A stretch of 63,766 bases of DNA, filler included, from Octopus bimaculoides (lineage: Eukaryota): NCBI RefSeq assembly GCF_001194135.2. It is 4 parts of 3 records of this genome, joined end to end, with 100 filler letters (N's around TTAATTAATTAA, not from the genome) between each part and the next. Parts side by side here need not be neighbours in the genome. Positions count along the whole stretch, not along the records: positions 10,476 to 41,139 come from NC_069002.1; 3 more parts are not named here. One strand, written 5' to 3'. This document shows, piece by piece, positions 23,711 through 36,183 of this stretch. The notes beneath the pieces were generated by a model. That model saw nothing but the letters and a program-made list of their open reading frames with translations, ran no database searches and was not told the origin of the DNA. Each line of letters opens with the position of its first letter. The first letter of the stretch is position 1. Made by a program: the position numbers and the translations under genes.

Positions 23711-24117
23711 GTGTTTTTCAAGGCAAGCTAATCAATACTGTAAACATATGTTCCGATTAAACCATCAAAGTTAAATGGTAAACTTGACATTAATCTTTTG
23801 GATGCAAAACCATTTGCGAAAATCTTTTCAGATATCAGTTGCTATAGCAACAAGCTTTGCATCTTTATCACTTTATTCAAAAGTATTTACATAGAAAAAG
23901 GCAGCTACTTATGGAAAATATTTCTCTTGAATATTTCAAATTATTTCTGTCAGGAATTTCAGTGCTTCACTCAAATTTCCACAGGGTTACGAAGATGCGA
24001 GATCAATCTCTCCTGGAATGAAGACATGAGTCTAGCACAGACAACTGAGCTTCCCTGGCAAGCAGGGTACTTGATGCTCAAACTATTAGGTCAACTAAAT
24101 TATTTTATTTATACAAG

Positions 24118-24272
24118 CGTAGGAGTGGCTGTGTGGTAAGTAGCTTGCTTATCAACAACATGGTTCTGGGTTCAGTCCCATTGCGTGGCACCTTGGGCAA
24201 GTGTTTTCTACTATAGCCTCAGGCCGACCAAAGCCTTGTGAGTGGATTTGGTAGACAGAAACTGAAAGAAGC

Positions 24273-24315
<43 letters not shown>

Positions 24316-24525
24316 GTATGTTTGTGTGTCTGTGTTTGTTCCCCTACTATTGCTTGACAACCGATGGTGGTGTGTTTACGTCCCCGTAACCTAGCAGTTC
24401 AGCAAGAGGGACCGATAGAATAAGTACTAGGCTTACAAAGAATAATCCTGGGGTTGATTTGCTTGACTAAAGGCGGTGCTCCAGCATGGCCACAGTCAAA
24501 TGACTGAAACAAAAAAGATTAAAAA
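24118..24525 (+). mobile_element. Full-length tRNA-derived SINE with internal (TA)n
   Basis: Head GTGGCTGTGTGGTAAG...GGGTTCAGTCCC, internal (TA)n, 3' body as at 21495. Confidence 0.85.
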
Positions 24526-24944
24526 AAAAATACCTTGAGCTTGATTCAGTTGTCAGACTGCGACCGTGCTGGAGCACCAGCTTGAATAATTTTAGTGCTT
24601 ATCTTCATTACATGGGGATGTAAACAAACAAGCACCGGCTGTCAAATGGTGGCAGGGAGCAAACACAGACAGAAAGACACACACATACACACACATTTGT
24701 ATAAGTTTATGTCCCCATAAACTTATACAAGATTCCTTCACAACATATATTCATGATGTCACATGATTCACAAAAAAAAACAAAAAAGAAAGAAATACAT
24801 ATATACATAAATTCACATCTCCATAGAGTTATGAAACTACTGCCTCATGGATCAAGTTTGGCATCAAAATCAATGAAACACCATGATTATGTGCACACAC
24901 TCAAACACAAATGAAATGCAGGTGTGTATGTGTGTGTGTTATAT

Positions 24945-25237
24945 ATCATCATCATCATCATCATCATTTAACGTCCGCTTTCCATGCTAGCATGGGTTGG
25001 ACGATTTGACTGAGGACTGATGAGACAGATGGCTACATCAAGCTCCAATCTGATTTGGCAGAGTTTCTACGGTTGGATGCCCTTCCTAACACCAACCACT
25101 CCGAGAGTGTAGTGGGTGCTTTTACGTGCCACCTGCCGAAGACCAGTCAGGCGGTACTGGCAATGGCCATGCTCAAAATGGTGTATTTTATGTGCCACCT
25201 GCACAGGAGACAGGATGTGTAATGTCAGTGTGCATAC
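24945..25237 (-). mobile_element. RTE-type 3' end with (ATG)n tail
   Basis: Same sequence as the tail attached to the RT remnant at 34800-35030. Confidence 0.8.
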
Positions 25238-25882
25238 TNNNNNNNNNNNNNNNNNNNNNNNNNNNNNNNNNNNNNNNNNNNNNNNNNNNNNNNNNNNNNN
25301 NNNNNNNNNNNNNNNNNNNNNNNNNNNNNNNNNNNNNNNNNNNNNNNNNNNNNNNNNNNNNNNNNNNNNNNNNNNNNNNNNNNNNNNNNNNNNNNNNNNN
25401 NNNNNNNNNNNNNNNNNNNNNNNNNNNNNNNNNNNNNNNNNNNNNNNNNNNNNNNNNNNNNNNNNNNNNNNNNNNNNNNNNNNNNNNNNNNNNNNNNNNN
25501 NNNNNNNNNNNNNNNNNNNNNNNNNNNNNNNNNNNNNNNNNNNNNNNNNNNNNNNNNNNNNNNNNNNNNNNNNNNNNNNNNNNNNNNNNNNNNNNNNNNN
25601 NNNNNNNNNNNNNNNNNNNNNNNNNNNNNNNNNNNNNNNNNNNNNNNNNNNNNNNNNNNNNNNNNNNNNNNNNNNNNNNNNNNNNNNNNNNNNNNNNNNN
25701 NNNNNNNNNNNNNNNNNNNNNNNNNNNNNNNNNNNNNNNNNNNNNNNNNNNNNNNNNNNNNNNNNNNNNNNNNNNNNNNNNNNNNNNNNNNNNNNNNNNN
25801 NNNNNNNNNNNNNNNNNNNNNNNNNNNNNNNNNNNNNNNNNNNNNNNNNNNNNNNNNNNNNNNNNNNNNNNNNNNNNNNNNN

Positions 25883-26067
25883 CGGTGGCACATAAAAGCA
25901 CCCACTATACTCTCGGAGTAGTTGGCATTAGGAAGGGCATCCATCTGTAGAAACTCTGCCAGATCAGATTGGAGCCTGGTGCAGCCATCTGGCTTGCCAG
26001 TCCTCAGTCAAATCGTCCAACCCATGCTAGCATGGAAAGCGGACATTAAACGATGATGATGATGATG
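25883..26067 (+). mobile_element. RTE-type 3' end with (GAT)n tail, inverted relative to 24945
   Basis: Reverse complement of 24958-25132. Confidence 0.8.
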
Positions 26068-26411
26068 AATATAATGTCTAACAGTTGATGCATACTATCT
26101 ATGGGTCCCCTCCACTTTCTTCTTGCCATATATATGTGTGTGTGTGTGTATTTGTGTGTGTGTGTATTTATGTGTGTGTGTCTGTGTTTGTCCCCCCTCC
26201 ATCGCTTGACAACCGGTGTTTGTGTGTTTACATCCCCATAACTTAGTGGTTCGGCAAAAGAGACTGATAGAATAAGTATTAGCCTTTGATACCGATTCAG
26301 TTGACTAAAAGTAGTGCTCCAGCATGACCACTGTCAAATGACTGAAACAAGTAAAAGAAAAATAAGAATAATCTCTCAATTGTTGGTGACATAACAGAAT
26401 GCACTCAATCC

Positions 26412-26645
26412 AGGCGGCGAGCTGGCAGAAACGTTAGCACGCCGGACGAAATGCTTAGCGGTATTTTGTCTGCTGCTACGTTCTGAGTTCAAATTCCGCC
26501 AAGGTCGACTTTGCCTTTCATCCTTCCGGGGTCGATTAAATAAGTACCAGTTACGCACTGGGGTCGATATAATTGACTTAATTTGTTTGTGTCTTTGTTT
26601 GTCCCCTCTGTGTGTAGCCCCTTGTGGGCAGTGAAGAAATAAATA
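26412..26645 (+). mobile_element. tRNA-derived SINE, well-preserved copy
   Basis: GGCGGCGAGCTGGCAGAAACG head, GAGTTCAAATTCC B-box, central GGTCGACTTTGCCTTTCATCCTT domain; further copies at 33560(-), 51085(+), 55205(-) and 59445(-). Confidence 0.88.
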
Positions 26646-27064
26646 AGAATGCACTCAATCCATGCTGTAAAGTAGATAATGGTAATAAAAGCATCCAATC
26701 ATTGAAATGATGGTTTCAAATTTAGACACATGACTGGCAATTTTGAGAGGCAGGGGAAGGGGTTAATCGGTGCTAATGATCCCAGGGCTTGACAGGTGTA
26801 CCTTATTTTATTGAAAGGTAAAGTTACTCTTAATGGGATCTCATCTACCAAAAACAAACAAAAAAATAAAAGATAAAGAAAGAACACAAGATATTTTGTC
26901 GGATGCTCCTACAATTCTAACAAACTGCAAACCAAAACAGAGAGAAAAAAAAATCAATTTTTCTCTATTGTTTTTTGAATATTGGATGACAAAGGACGAA
27001 GATGAAAAATGAGACTTGTTGAGATGCATCCAAGCTATGCAAGAACGGTGAAATACAATGGATG

Positions 27065-27400
27065 TAGAAATGGTGGGGGTAGGAGTGGGGGTGACGGGGG
27101 TGACGATGGCAGTGGTGATGGTGATGGTGGTGGTGGTGATGATTGTGTCAGTAGTGATGGTAACAGTAGTCATGGTGATTATGATGGTGGTGGTGATGGT
27201 AGTGATGATGATGATGATGATGTTGATTGTAAGGGTGATGGTTGTGGTGGTGGTGGTGGTGGTGGTGGTAGTGGTGATCACAGCACTAACAATGATAGTG
27301 ACAGTTATGAATTAGAATGATGACAATGACGATGACGACGACAACAACGATGATGATGATGATGAGGCTGATCATGATGGTGATGATGATGATAAATGTG
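27065..27400. repeat. (GGT)n/(GAT)n/(GAC)n trinucleotide block
   Basis: Direct reading; explains the poly-T/G/V/M ORFs. Confidence 0.95.
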
Positions 27401-28732
27401 AACTATGATCTACAGCAGACCATATATATTAACTGTAATGAGATGCATTCAATACCAAAATATTCAACACACACAAAAAAAAGATTATTATTAAAATAAA
27501 AAAAAATGAAAAAAAAATGTCATTTATAAGAAAAAACAAAAACAAATAGAAAAAAAACCAAAAATACAAGATCAACTTAATTTTACGAAACACATTTCCA
27601 CTGTTGTATCTGACAATGAAACAATCTTGTATAGAATGTAACTGCAAGATTTATTGCTTCGTCTCTCATGACTAGCATACTTATAAGTCTGGGAGCTACA
27701 TTGTTACCGTATTCCAATGCACGTAGAAGCTTCTGGAAATGTTATCGTTTTATTCCAAACCCATCCTCAATGTTCAAAGTTTCACAAAATACTTTTACTC
27801 TAAGTCTCGTTGCATGGAAACTAATCTTGATCTGCTAAATTAATAAAACTACTTCGTTTTATTTTTGTCGTTGGCTTTTCTTTTGGTTTCTTCTGGGTTT
27901 TTTCCTTTTGTTTTCTTTGATTTTTGTTTTGTCGTCTAATATACGGTTATTGTAATTATAAAGTATTTATCAATATACAAAATATGAAAGTATTTATTAA
28001 ATTATTAAAAAAAAAACTATTTTGTTGTTATTTCATCTCAAGTCTGGCAGTCAAGTGTTCTTGCAGACAATCCGGAACCTGTGACAAAACGGCACTAAAT
28101 ACCATCAATAATTAATGTAACATCACTTGTTTCTCTTTCAACAAAAATCATTTTACAACCATCAAACAAAAAGTTCCAGCATTAGAAAATAAAAAAACAA
28201 ACAACAAAATGAAAACAACAGCAAAAAAATAATAAAAGCAACAACAACAAAAAACAACCCTCCCCCCACCTTCTAGAATACTTGATGTTTTATTGTAACT
28301 TTAATATAACCAAATGACTGTTGAGTCGGAAGAGCAGATCTGTGACATAAAAACTAATATCTGATCAATCATTTGATTCATAAAAATCAGCATGAAATAT
28401 GCTGTGTGACCTTTAAGTGTTTTTGTTGAATATTTTTGTTCTTTCATATTTTATTTACCTCGGTTTTAACGAACCTATAGCATAATTAAATCATTGTTTA
28501 ATGTTCATTTTGCCATGCTTGTATGGTTCAGATGGAATTTTGTCGAGGCAGATACAAAATTTGTTTGCCTGGATGTCCTTTCTGTCGCCAACACTCGTCT
28601 GTTTCCAAGCAAGGAGATATTCCCTCACGGCCAGACAGGTTTGTCACTGAAGACCAGAAATGAACAACAGTGCTTGTATGATGATGACGGTGGTGCTTGT
28701 TTATGACCATCACATGATGGCAAGGCAAGGGC

Positions 28733-28764
<32 letters not shown>

Positions 28765-29058
28765 ACACTCACACACACACCACACACACATTCACAGACA
28801 CACATACACATACTCACATTCACATACAGACATTCACACAAACACATTCACATACACATGCACACACACACACACATACATTCCCCCACACACTCACACA
28901 CACACACACATACATTCCCCCACACACTCACACACACACACACATTCACAGATACACATACACATACTCACATTCACATATAGACATTCACACAAACACA
29001 TTCACATACACATGCACACACACACATACATTCCTCCACACAGACACTCACACACACA

Positions 29059-29108
<50 letters not shown>
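28733..29108. repeat. (CA)n compound repeat with an internal ~155-bp-period duplication
   Basis: CACATTCACAGAYACACATACACATACTCACATTCAC occurs twice. Confidence 0.85.
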
Positions 29109-29593
29109 NNNNNNNNNNNNNNNNNNNNNNNNNNNNNNNNNNNNNNNNNNNNNNNNNNNNNNNNNNNNNNNNNNNNNNNNNNNNNNNNNNNNNNNNNNNN
29201 NNNNNAAAAAAAAAAAAAAAAAGGAAGTCCTGGTGTTGATATCTTTGACTAAGACTCTTCAAGGTGGTGCTCCAGCTTGGCCACAGTCTAATTCCAAACA
29301 AGTTAAAGAATAAAAGAATGCATACATACATTTACATTGATATATATCATATTTCCATAAGGATTTAGGCATGTTCCGGAATATTCTTTTAACAGATGTT
29401 TACAGCAAATTTATGAAGCTACCGCTCCCCACCTGGCTGGTAACTGACAGTACCAACCTTCCCATCTCCTGCCGCCAACCATTGACTGAGGAAATAAGCA
29501 GGAATGTAATGTAATTCTTTTACAAAAAACAGCAACAGAGAAACCAAAGACGTATATAAAACATGTTAAGCAATTTCCATGTCATTTAAGTAA

Positions 29594-29946
29594 TATGGCC
29601 CAGTGGTTAGGGCAGCGGACTCACAGTCATGGGATCGCAGTTTCAATTTCCAGACCAGGTGTTGTGAGTGTTTATTGAGTGAAAACGCATAAATCTCCAT
29701 GAGGATCTGGCAGGGGACGGTGGCGAACCCTGCTGTATTCTTTCACCACAACTTACTCTCACTCTTACTTCCTGTTTCTGTTGCACCGAAGGGGCCAGCC
29801 TTGTCACACTGAATCTCTCCAAGAACTACATTAAGGTTACACATGTCTGTCGAGTGCTCAACCACTTGCGTGTTAATTTCACAAGCAGGCTGTTCCGTTG
29901 ATCGGATCAACTGGAACCCTCATTGTCGTAACCAATGGAATGCCAC
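29594..29946 (+). mobile_element. tRNA-derived SINE
   Basis: TGGCCCAGTGGTTAGGGCAGCGGACTC head; 3' body shared with 18413. Confidence 0.8.
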
Positions 29947-30094
29947 AATATTACTTGCATATATGTTTTTGTGTGTGTGTGTGTAGGTATTTATTTTCGC
30001 TATTTGATATATGAGATCTTATAATGCATATGTTATAAAATATATTATGTTGTATCTCTGGGATGTCATTACAGAATACACAGGGAGTGGTGAA

Positions 30095-30310
30095 TAAATT
30101 GCACTGGTGCCACATAAAGGAACCTGTGCTGGTGGCACTTAAAAAACACCCAATATATTCTGTGAAGTGGTTGGCATTAGGAAGGGCATCCAACCAAAGA
30201 AATCATGCCAAAACAAACAATAGAAGTCTGGTGCAGCTCTCCTAATGGCCAAACTGCCTGTCAAACTATCCAACCCATGCCGGCATGGAAAACAGATGTG
30301 AAATGACAAT
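30095..30310 (+). mobile_element. RTE-type 3' end followed by (GAT/GGT)n
   Basis: GTTGGCATTAGGAAGGGCATCCA...CCAACCCATGC motif. Confidence 0.75.
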
Positions 30311-30843
30311 GATGATGATGATGATGGTGATGGTGATGGTGATGGTGATGGTGATGATGCTGTTGACGATGATGATTATAATGATAATGATGATGATATA
30401 TGCATGTTTTTGCTTATATATAATATATANNNNNNNNNNNNNNNNNNNNNNNNNNNNNNNNNNNNNNNNNNNNNNNNNNNNNNNNNNNNNNNNNNNNNNN
30501 NNNNNNNNNNNNNNNNNNNNNNNNNNNNNNNNNNNNNNNNNNNNNNNNNNNNNNNNNNNNNNNNNNNNNNNNNNNNNNNNNNNNNNNNNNNNNNNNNNNN
30601 NNNNNNNNNNNNNNNNNNNNNNNNNNNNNNNNNNNNNNNNNNNNNNNNNNNNNNNNNNNNNNNNNNNNNNNNNNNNNNNNNNNNNNNNNNNNNNNNNNNN
30701 NNNNNNNNNNNNNNNNNNNNNNNNNNNNNNNNNNNNNNNNNNNNNNNNNNNNNNNNNNNNNNNNNNNNNNNNNNNNNNNNNNNNNNNNNNNNNNNNNNNN
30801 NNNNNNNNNNNNNNNNNNNNNNNNNNNNNNNNNNNNNNNNNNN

Positions 30844-31088
30844 CCAAAACAATGCAAAGTAAATGCAAGGTAAATCACAAGAAAACAAATATATGAATTA
30901 ATGTAGACTTACCTTGTATTCAATATTTTGGGGTTATGACACCATTTTCAAGAAATTGACGAATGTTACTGGTCTATTTCTTGAAAATGGACTCAGAACC
31001 TTGAAATATTGAATACAAGGTAAGTCTACATTAATTCACATATTTGTTTTCTTGTGACTTACCTTGCATTTACTTCGCATTGTTTTGG
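30844..31088. repeat. Long inverted repeat/hairpin, ~115-bp arms
   Basis: Outer 85 bp have only 3 mismatches; short central loop of about 14 nt. Confidence 0.92.
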
Positions 31089-31166
31089 CCTTACTCACAA
31101 TCCCTTATACAATATATATATATTTGCACGCACACACATACATATATGTGTGTGTGTGTATTTGTG

Positions 31167-31254
<88 letters not shown>

Positions 31255-31352
31255 NNNNNNNNNNNNNNNNNNNNNNNNNNNNNNNNNNNNNNNNNNNNNN
31301 NNNNNNNNNNNNNNNNNNNNNNNNNNNNNNNNNNNNNNNNNNNNNNNNNNNN

Positions 31353-31384
<32 letters not shown>

Positions 31385-31386
31385 GC

Positions 31387-31426
<40 letters not shown>

Positions 31427-31472
31427 GTATTTGCTTTGCAAGATTCCTGGTGTGAAATCATGTTGAAACAGA

Positions 31473-32053
31473 TATATTTTTGGGAGGGTCATTTTTTTCT
31501 TTTGCCAAATAAACACATGCACTATATATTCATTCTTCATTTCAGGTTTATTATTGTTCCTATTTCAGTATCCTTTGTCTGGAAATCTTTCATCACACAT
31601 CCTGTGACCTCTTCAGTGACTCTCCATTCCATGTGTCTCCTGTTCTGTTTAGTTCATTCTGTCTTTTTATTGTGTGTATCCTTATCTGTGCATATGTTTG
31701 CATCTCTAGCTCTGTGTGTGCGCATGTGTGTGTGTGCATGCATGTCTATGTTTTGTATGTGTGTTTTGTGTGTGTGTATTGGTTTGCTTACTATATGTCA
31801 GTATCGGTGCTCCTCATTTAACTTTTTTCTCATTTATTTACTTATTCATCTCTCTATATTTTGTTTCTGATAAAGCAGTACAGGAGGAGACACATGGAAT
31901 GGAAAGTCACTGAAGAGGTCACAGGACGTGTGACAAAAGATTTCTAGAAAAAAGGACTTAAAATAAGAACAATAGTAAATCTGAAGTAAAGAATGAATAT
32001 ATAGTACATGTGTTTATTGGGCAAGGGTAAAAAAATGACCATCCCAAAATATA
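31473..32053. repeat. Diverged inverted repeat, arms ~31473-31650 and ~31872-32053
   Basis: CCTGTGACCTCTTCAGTGAC / GTCACTGAAGAGGTCACAGG and flanking matches. Confidence 0.85.
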
Positions 32054-32086
32054 ACAATATATATACAATATATATATATATACACA

Positions 32087-32117
<31 letters not shown>

Positions 32118-32126
32118 CATACATAC

Positions 32127-32191
<65 letters not shown>

Positions 32192-32657
32192 NNNNNNNNN
32201 NNNNNNNNNNNNNNNNNNNNNNNNNNNNNNNNNNNNNNNNNNNNNNNNNNNNNNNNNNNNNNNNNNNNNNNNNNNNNNNNNNNNNNNNNNNNNNNNNNNN
32301 NNNNNNNNNNNNNNNNNNNNNNNNNNNNNNNNNNNNNNNNNNNNNNNNNNNNNNNNNNNNNNNNNNNNNNNNNNNNNNNNNNNNNNNNNNNNNNNNNNNN
32401 NNNNNNNNTATAAACTTGCTGTTAACAAAAGTCAGGATGCATGGCATTCAGTTATTCCCTAAATGAAAAATGCATTAAATACTTCGAAACGTACACCAGA
32501 ACCCTAATACCTTATCAAGTGATAAGTACTTAAATGAAGAGTACTCTTTCGTTCATTATTATTATAAGTTAAAGGCTCCTGGTTTCAGTACTCTGAGTCT
32601 CCGATTTCCAACCGTTCAACTGCTTATCTGAGTTTGTTCGTTCCTTTGAAATATCCA

Positions 32658-32990
32658 TTATTACCTCCGCCTTAGTGAAAGTGGAGGTTTTGTTTTCAGT
32701 CGTGTTTGTTTGTTTGTCCATGGACAAGATATCTCAAGAAATGCTTGATGGATTTGGATGAAACTTTCAGGTATGTTTGGCCTCATGACTGGCACAACCT
32801 GATTAGATTTTGGAATCAATCCAGTACTAGACAAGGATTCTGGATTATTTTTCTGTCGGGTTCATTTTTAGTAACCTCGCTTGTGAGAGCAGTCGAGTTT
32901 ATTTCAGATTTTCTCATTTTAAAAATCATCTCCGGTTAATTGTTGAAAGGACGTTGGTGTTGCCTTGGCAGAGGTTTGCACTCTCTGTTT
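32658..32990 (+). mobile_element. Non-autonomous Helentron-type element, second copy
   Basis: TTATTACCTCCGCC start, GGCAGAGG subterminal repeat, homologous to 14423-14795. Confidence 0.7.
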
Positions 32991-33829
32991 TCAATATATT
33001 TTCGAAATAGTATTTGAAAGTTATGATGAAAACAATTACCATTATGATATTTACAAAAAATTCTTGAAAACAACATGTTTGAAAACAACTCTTTCAAACT
33101 CACATTTTTTGTTTTACTTCTGAATCTCATAGGAATCTGTAAAATGTCTTAAACTTTATACAAGCAAGGAAACTTCAATAAATTTCCTTATGAAATTTCC
33201 TTGTTTAAGTAATATTTTAATGTAATATTTTTAGAAATAATGGTTATCTCCACATGTGTATGTATATGCATATGCATGTGGGTGTGTGAGTGTGTGCGTT
33301 TATATTCCATGCTTGTCACCATTTGAATGAATCGGTTCTGTTGTTGACATGTCTTGTTGACATTATGACCAGTTGCTTGGTGCTTTCAATCACCTGTGGA
33401 ATAAAGGAATCTTTTACTTGGAAACCAAACAAAAGTTGGCAACTGGAAGAGCATCCAGATGTAAAAATCCACCCCAAATAACTCTCTGCCAAAACCCATG
33501 GCAGCAACGATAAAAACAGACGCTAAATGAGAAAATAAAAAAAAACAATGTTTTATTATTGGTTTTAAATTTTGGCCCAAGGTGGCCAGCAGTTTCACGG
33601 CAAGGAGTAAGTTGATTAAATCAAGCACAATGTTCAACTGGTACTAATTTCATCAGCTCCAAAAAGGATGAAAGACAAGGTCAACCCCCAGTGGTATTTG
33701 AGCTAAGGATGCAAAGAGGGACGAAATGCCACAAAGCATTTCACCCAGCATGCTAATGATTCTGCCAGTTTACTGCCTTACAAAATGTTCTATTACTAGG
33801 TTGAGGAAAAAGTTTGGGCTCTATGTTAA

Positions 33830-34235
33830 AATAATGATTTTTTATGCAAGAATTTATTCAAAAATAACAACAGCTATTCTTCAAAATAAAGACCACGATC
33901 TTCTGCTAACAATCTACAAACTTTTGGATTTGGTCAAAATACCAATCCTTCGGATTTGAATCAAAAAGTTCTTGACAGGCTTCTTCAACTTCATCAAATG
34001 ACTCAAATTGGTGACCATTCATAAAGTGCTGCACTGATCAGAAGTGACCATAGCAACATCTGGACTGTAGGGTGGATGTGGTAGAACTTCCACACCGTTC
34101 AATTCTTCAATCTTGTTGCTGGTCTTTCTGGTGGTTTGTGGCTTTGCATTGTCTTGTTGAAACAAAGCGCGTTTTCGATGAACACAGTGAGTCACCATTG
34201 AACATGACATAAACTGAATGAACAAACACACCACC
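33830..34235 (-). mobile_element. mariner transposase C-terminal remnant
   Basis: LFQQDNAKPQT...VEVLPHPPYSPDVA, then ESFDEVEEACQ...WYFDQI. Confidence 0.85.
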
Positions 34236-34333
34236 AAAATATATTAAAAAAAGCATTATTTTAACATGGTGCACAAAATTTTTCCTCAACCTAATATTAA
34301 CAAAAGGAAGGAAATTAAACAAAATTCTTTTTG

Positions 34334-34530
34334 TGCTGTCAACTTAATGTGACAGTCCCCTGAAGGGATTAATACTACTGTTGGTTAGACCTAGGAAGCT
34401 GCACCGCTTCCTGTCGGCCTTAACACATTTCCTGTGTCCTTATGTGTTAAGGCCGACAGGTGCAGCTTCCTAGGTCTAACCAACAGTAGTATTAATCCCT
34501 TCAGGGGACTGTCACATTAAGTTGACAGCA
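34334..34530. repeat. Near-perfect 89-bp hairpin (MITE-like or hairpin-RNA locus)
   Basis: 71-bp perfect arms, a 6-nt bulge, an 18-bp perfect inner stem and a 13-nt loop. Confidence 0.95.
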
Positions 34531-34799
34531 TACAACTACTTCATCGTATTACTACTGCATAAATCTCTCTGGGAGATTTAGAAATGTATTATTTCAAAAA
34601 TTCTTTTTATTCTTGTATTCTTATACTTGTGTCAGATGTTTGACTGCGGCCATGCTGGAGCGTTGCCTTAAAGGGTTTTTAGTTGAACAAACTGACCACA
34701 GGACTGTTTTCTTTTAAGCCTAGTACTTATTCTATTGGTCTGCTTGCCACCAACACTCGGTGTCAAGTGGTGATTGGGGGGACAGACACAGACACAAAG

Positions 34800-34803
34800 A
34801 TAT

Positions 34804-34848
<45 letters not shown>

Positions 34849-36056
34849 TTCATCATCATCGTCATTTAATGTTCGTTTTCCATGCTAGCATGGGTTGCAC
34901 AGTTTGACTGAGGACTAACAAGCCAGGAGGTTGCACCAGGCTCCTGTCTGATCAGGCAGTGTTTCTACAGCTGGATTCCCTTCCTAATGCCAACCACTCC
35001 ATGAGTGTAGTGAGTGCTTTTACGTGCTGCACATGAAAGCTGTCTTCTTGGTTAATCTTCCTTTGATGTTGCTGTACCTCTTATGTGTCCTGGGTACATC
35101 ATATGGAGTTTCTACCTACACCTTTTCTACAGATCGAGCAGGGCCATCTACCTGAAGGGGGTTTGTGTTTTCTCTACCTTCCTACTTATTAGAACTTTGG
35201 TCTTTGCTACATTGAGTCTAAGGCCCTTCAATTCTAGACCTTGCTTCCACATCTGAAATTTCTTGTCTAGTTCTGGTAGTGATTCAGCTATGAGAGCAAG
35301 GTCATTAGCATAGAGGAGCTCCCAGGAGCAACCCGTCTTGAATTCCTCTGTTATTGCCTGGAGGACTATGATGAATAAAAGGGGACAGAGGGATGAACCT
35401 GGATGGACCCCAACTTCTACCTGGAATTCTTCACTATATTTATTGCCAATCCTAACCTTACTAACGGCCTCTCTGTATAGGGCCTGTACAGCCCTAGTTA
35501 ACCATTTGTCAATCCCCAGTTTCCATATCGCCCACCAGATAAAGGATCGGGAGACCCTGTCAAAGGCTTTCTCCAAGTCCACAAAAGCTAAGTATAGGAG
35601 TTTATCTTTGGCTAGGTATTTCTCCTGCAGTTGCCGTACCAGGAATGCAGCATCAGTGGTGCTTCTACCTGGCACAAAACCGAACTGCATCTCATCTAAG
35701 CAGACTCTCTCCCTAATGAGATGGGCTATGACCCTCTCCATGACCTTCATCACCTGATCCAGCAGTTTGATACCCCTGTAATTATTTCTATCTAAAGCAT
35801 CACCATTACCCTTGTAGCAGTTGACTATGGTGCTGCTACGCCAGTCATTGGGTATGACTTCATCATGAACTACCAAGTTTACAATGTGGGTGACTAGGTC
35901 ATAACCCACACCACCAGATGTTTTAAGCATCTCAGCAGTGATTCCTGATGGTCTGGGGGCTTTCCCTGGCTTCATACCCTTAATTGCTTTATCTACCATG
36001 GAGCTGTCTATTCGGAGAGCTGGCCCCTCTACTGGGTCAACATTCGGTAGGTTCTC
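34800..36056 (-). mobile_element. RTE-clade LINE: reverse transcriptase remnant joined to 3' end and (ATG)n tail
   Basis: ORF 35148..36056: KPGKAP, NYRGIKLL, QFGFVPGRST, FVDLEKAFDRV, GVHPGSSLCPLLF, LLYANDL (YADD mutated), LNVAKTK; degenerate PHD at 35030-35150. Confidence 0.93.
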
Positions 36057-36132
36057 ATATATATGTTTATACATATATGTATATACATATATGTATATAC
36101 ATATATACATACATACATACATACATCTATAC

Positions 36133-36178
<46 letters not shown>

Positions 36179-36183
36179 ACACA

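Noticed and set aside
23986-24067. Possible exon LRRCEINLSWNEDMSLAQTTELPWQAG after TTTCCACAG
   Set aside because: Weak donor (GTACTT) and no recognisable homology.
24118-26470. tRNA-like heads as true tRNA genes
   Set aside because: They run into SINE bodies shared by many copies and do not complete a cloverleaf.
1916-32466. Long ORFs such as 1916..3037, 7037..8068, 20454..21677, 25067..25891 and 30266..30868
   Set aside because: They stay open only because N runs contain no stops; the flanks are microsatellite translations. The exception is the real APE fragment inside 20437..21534.
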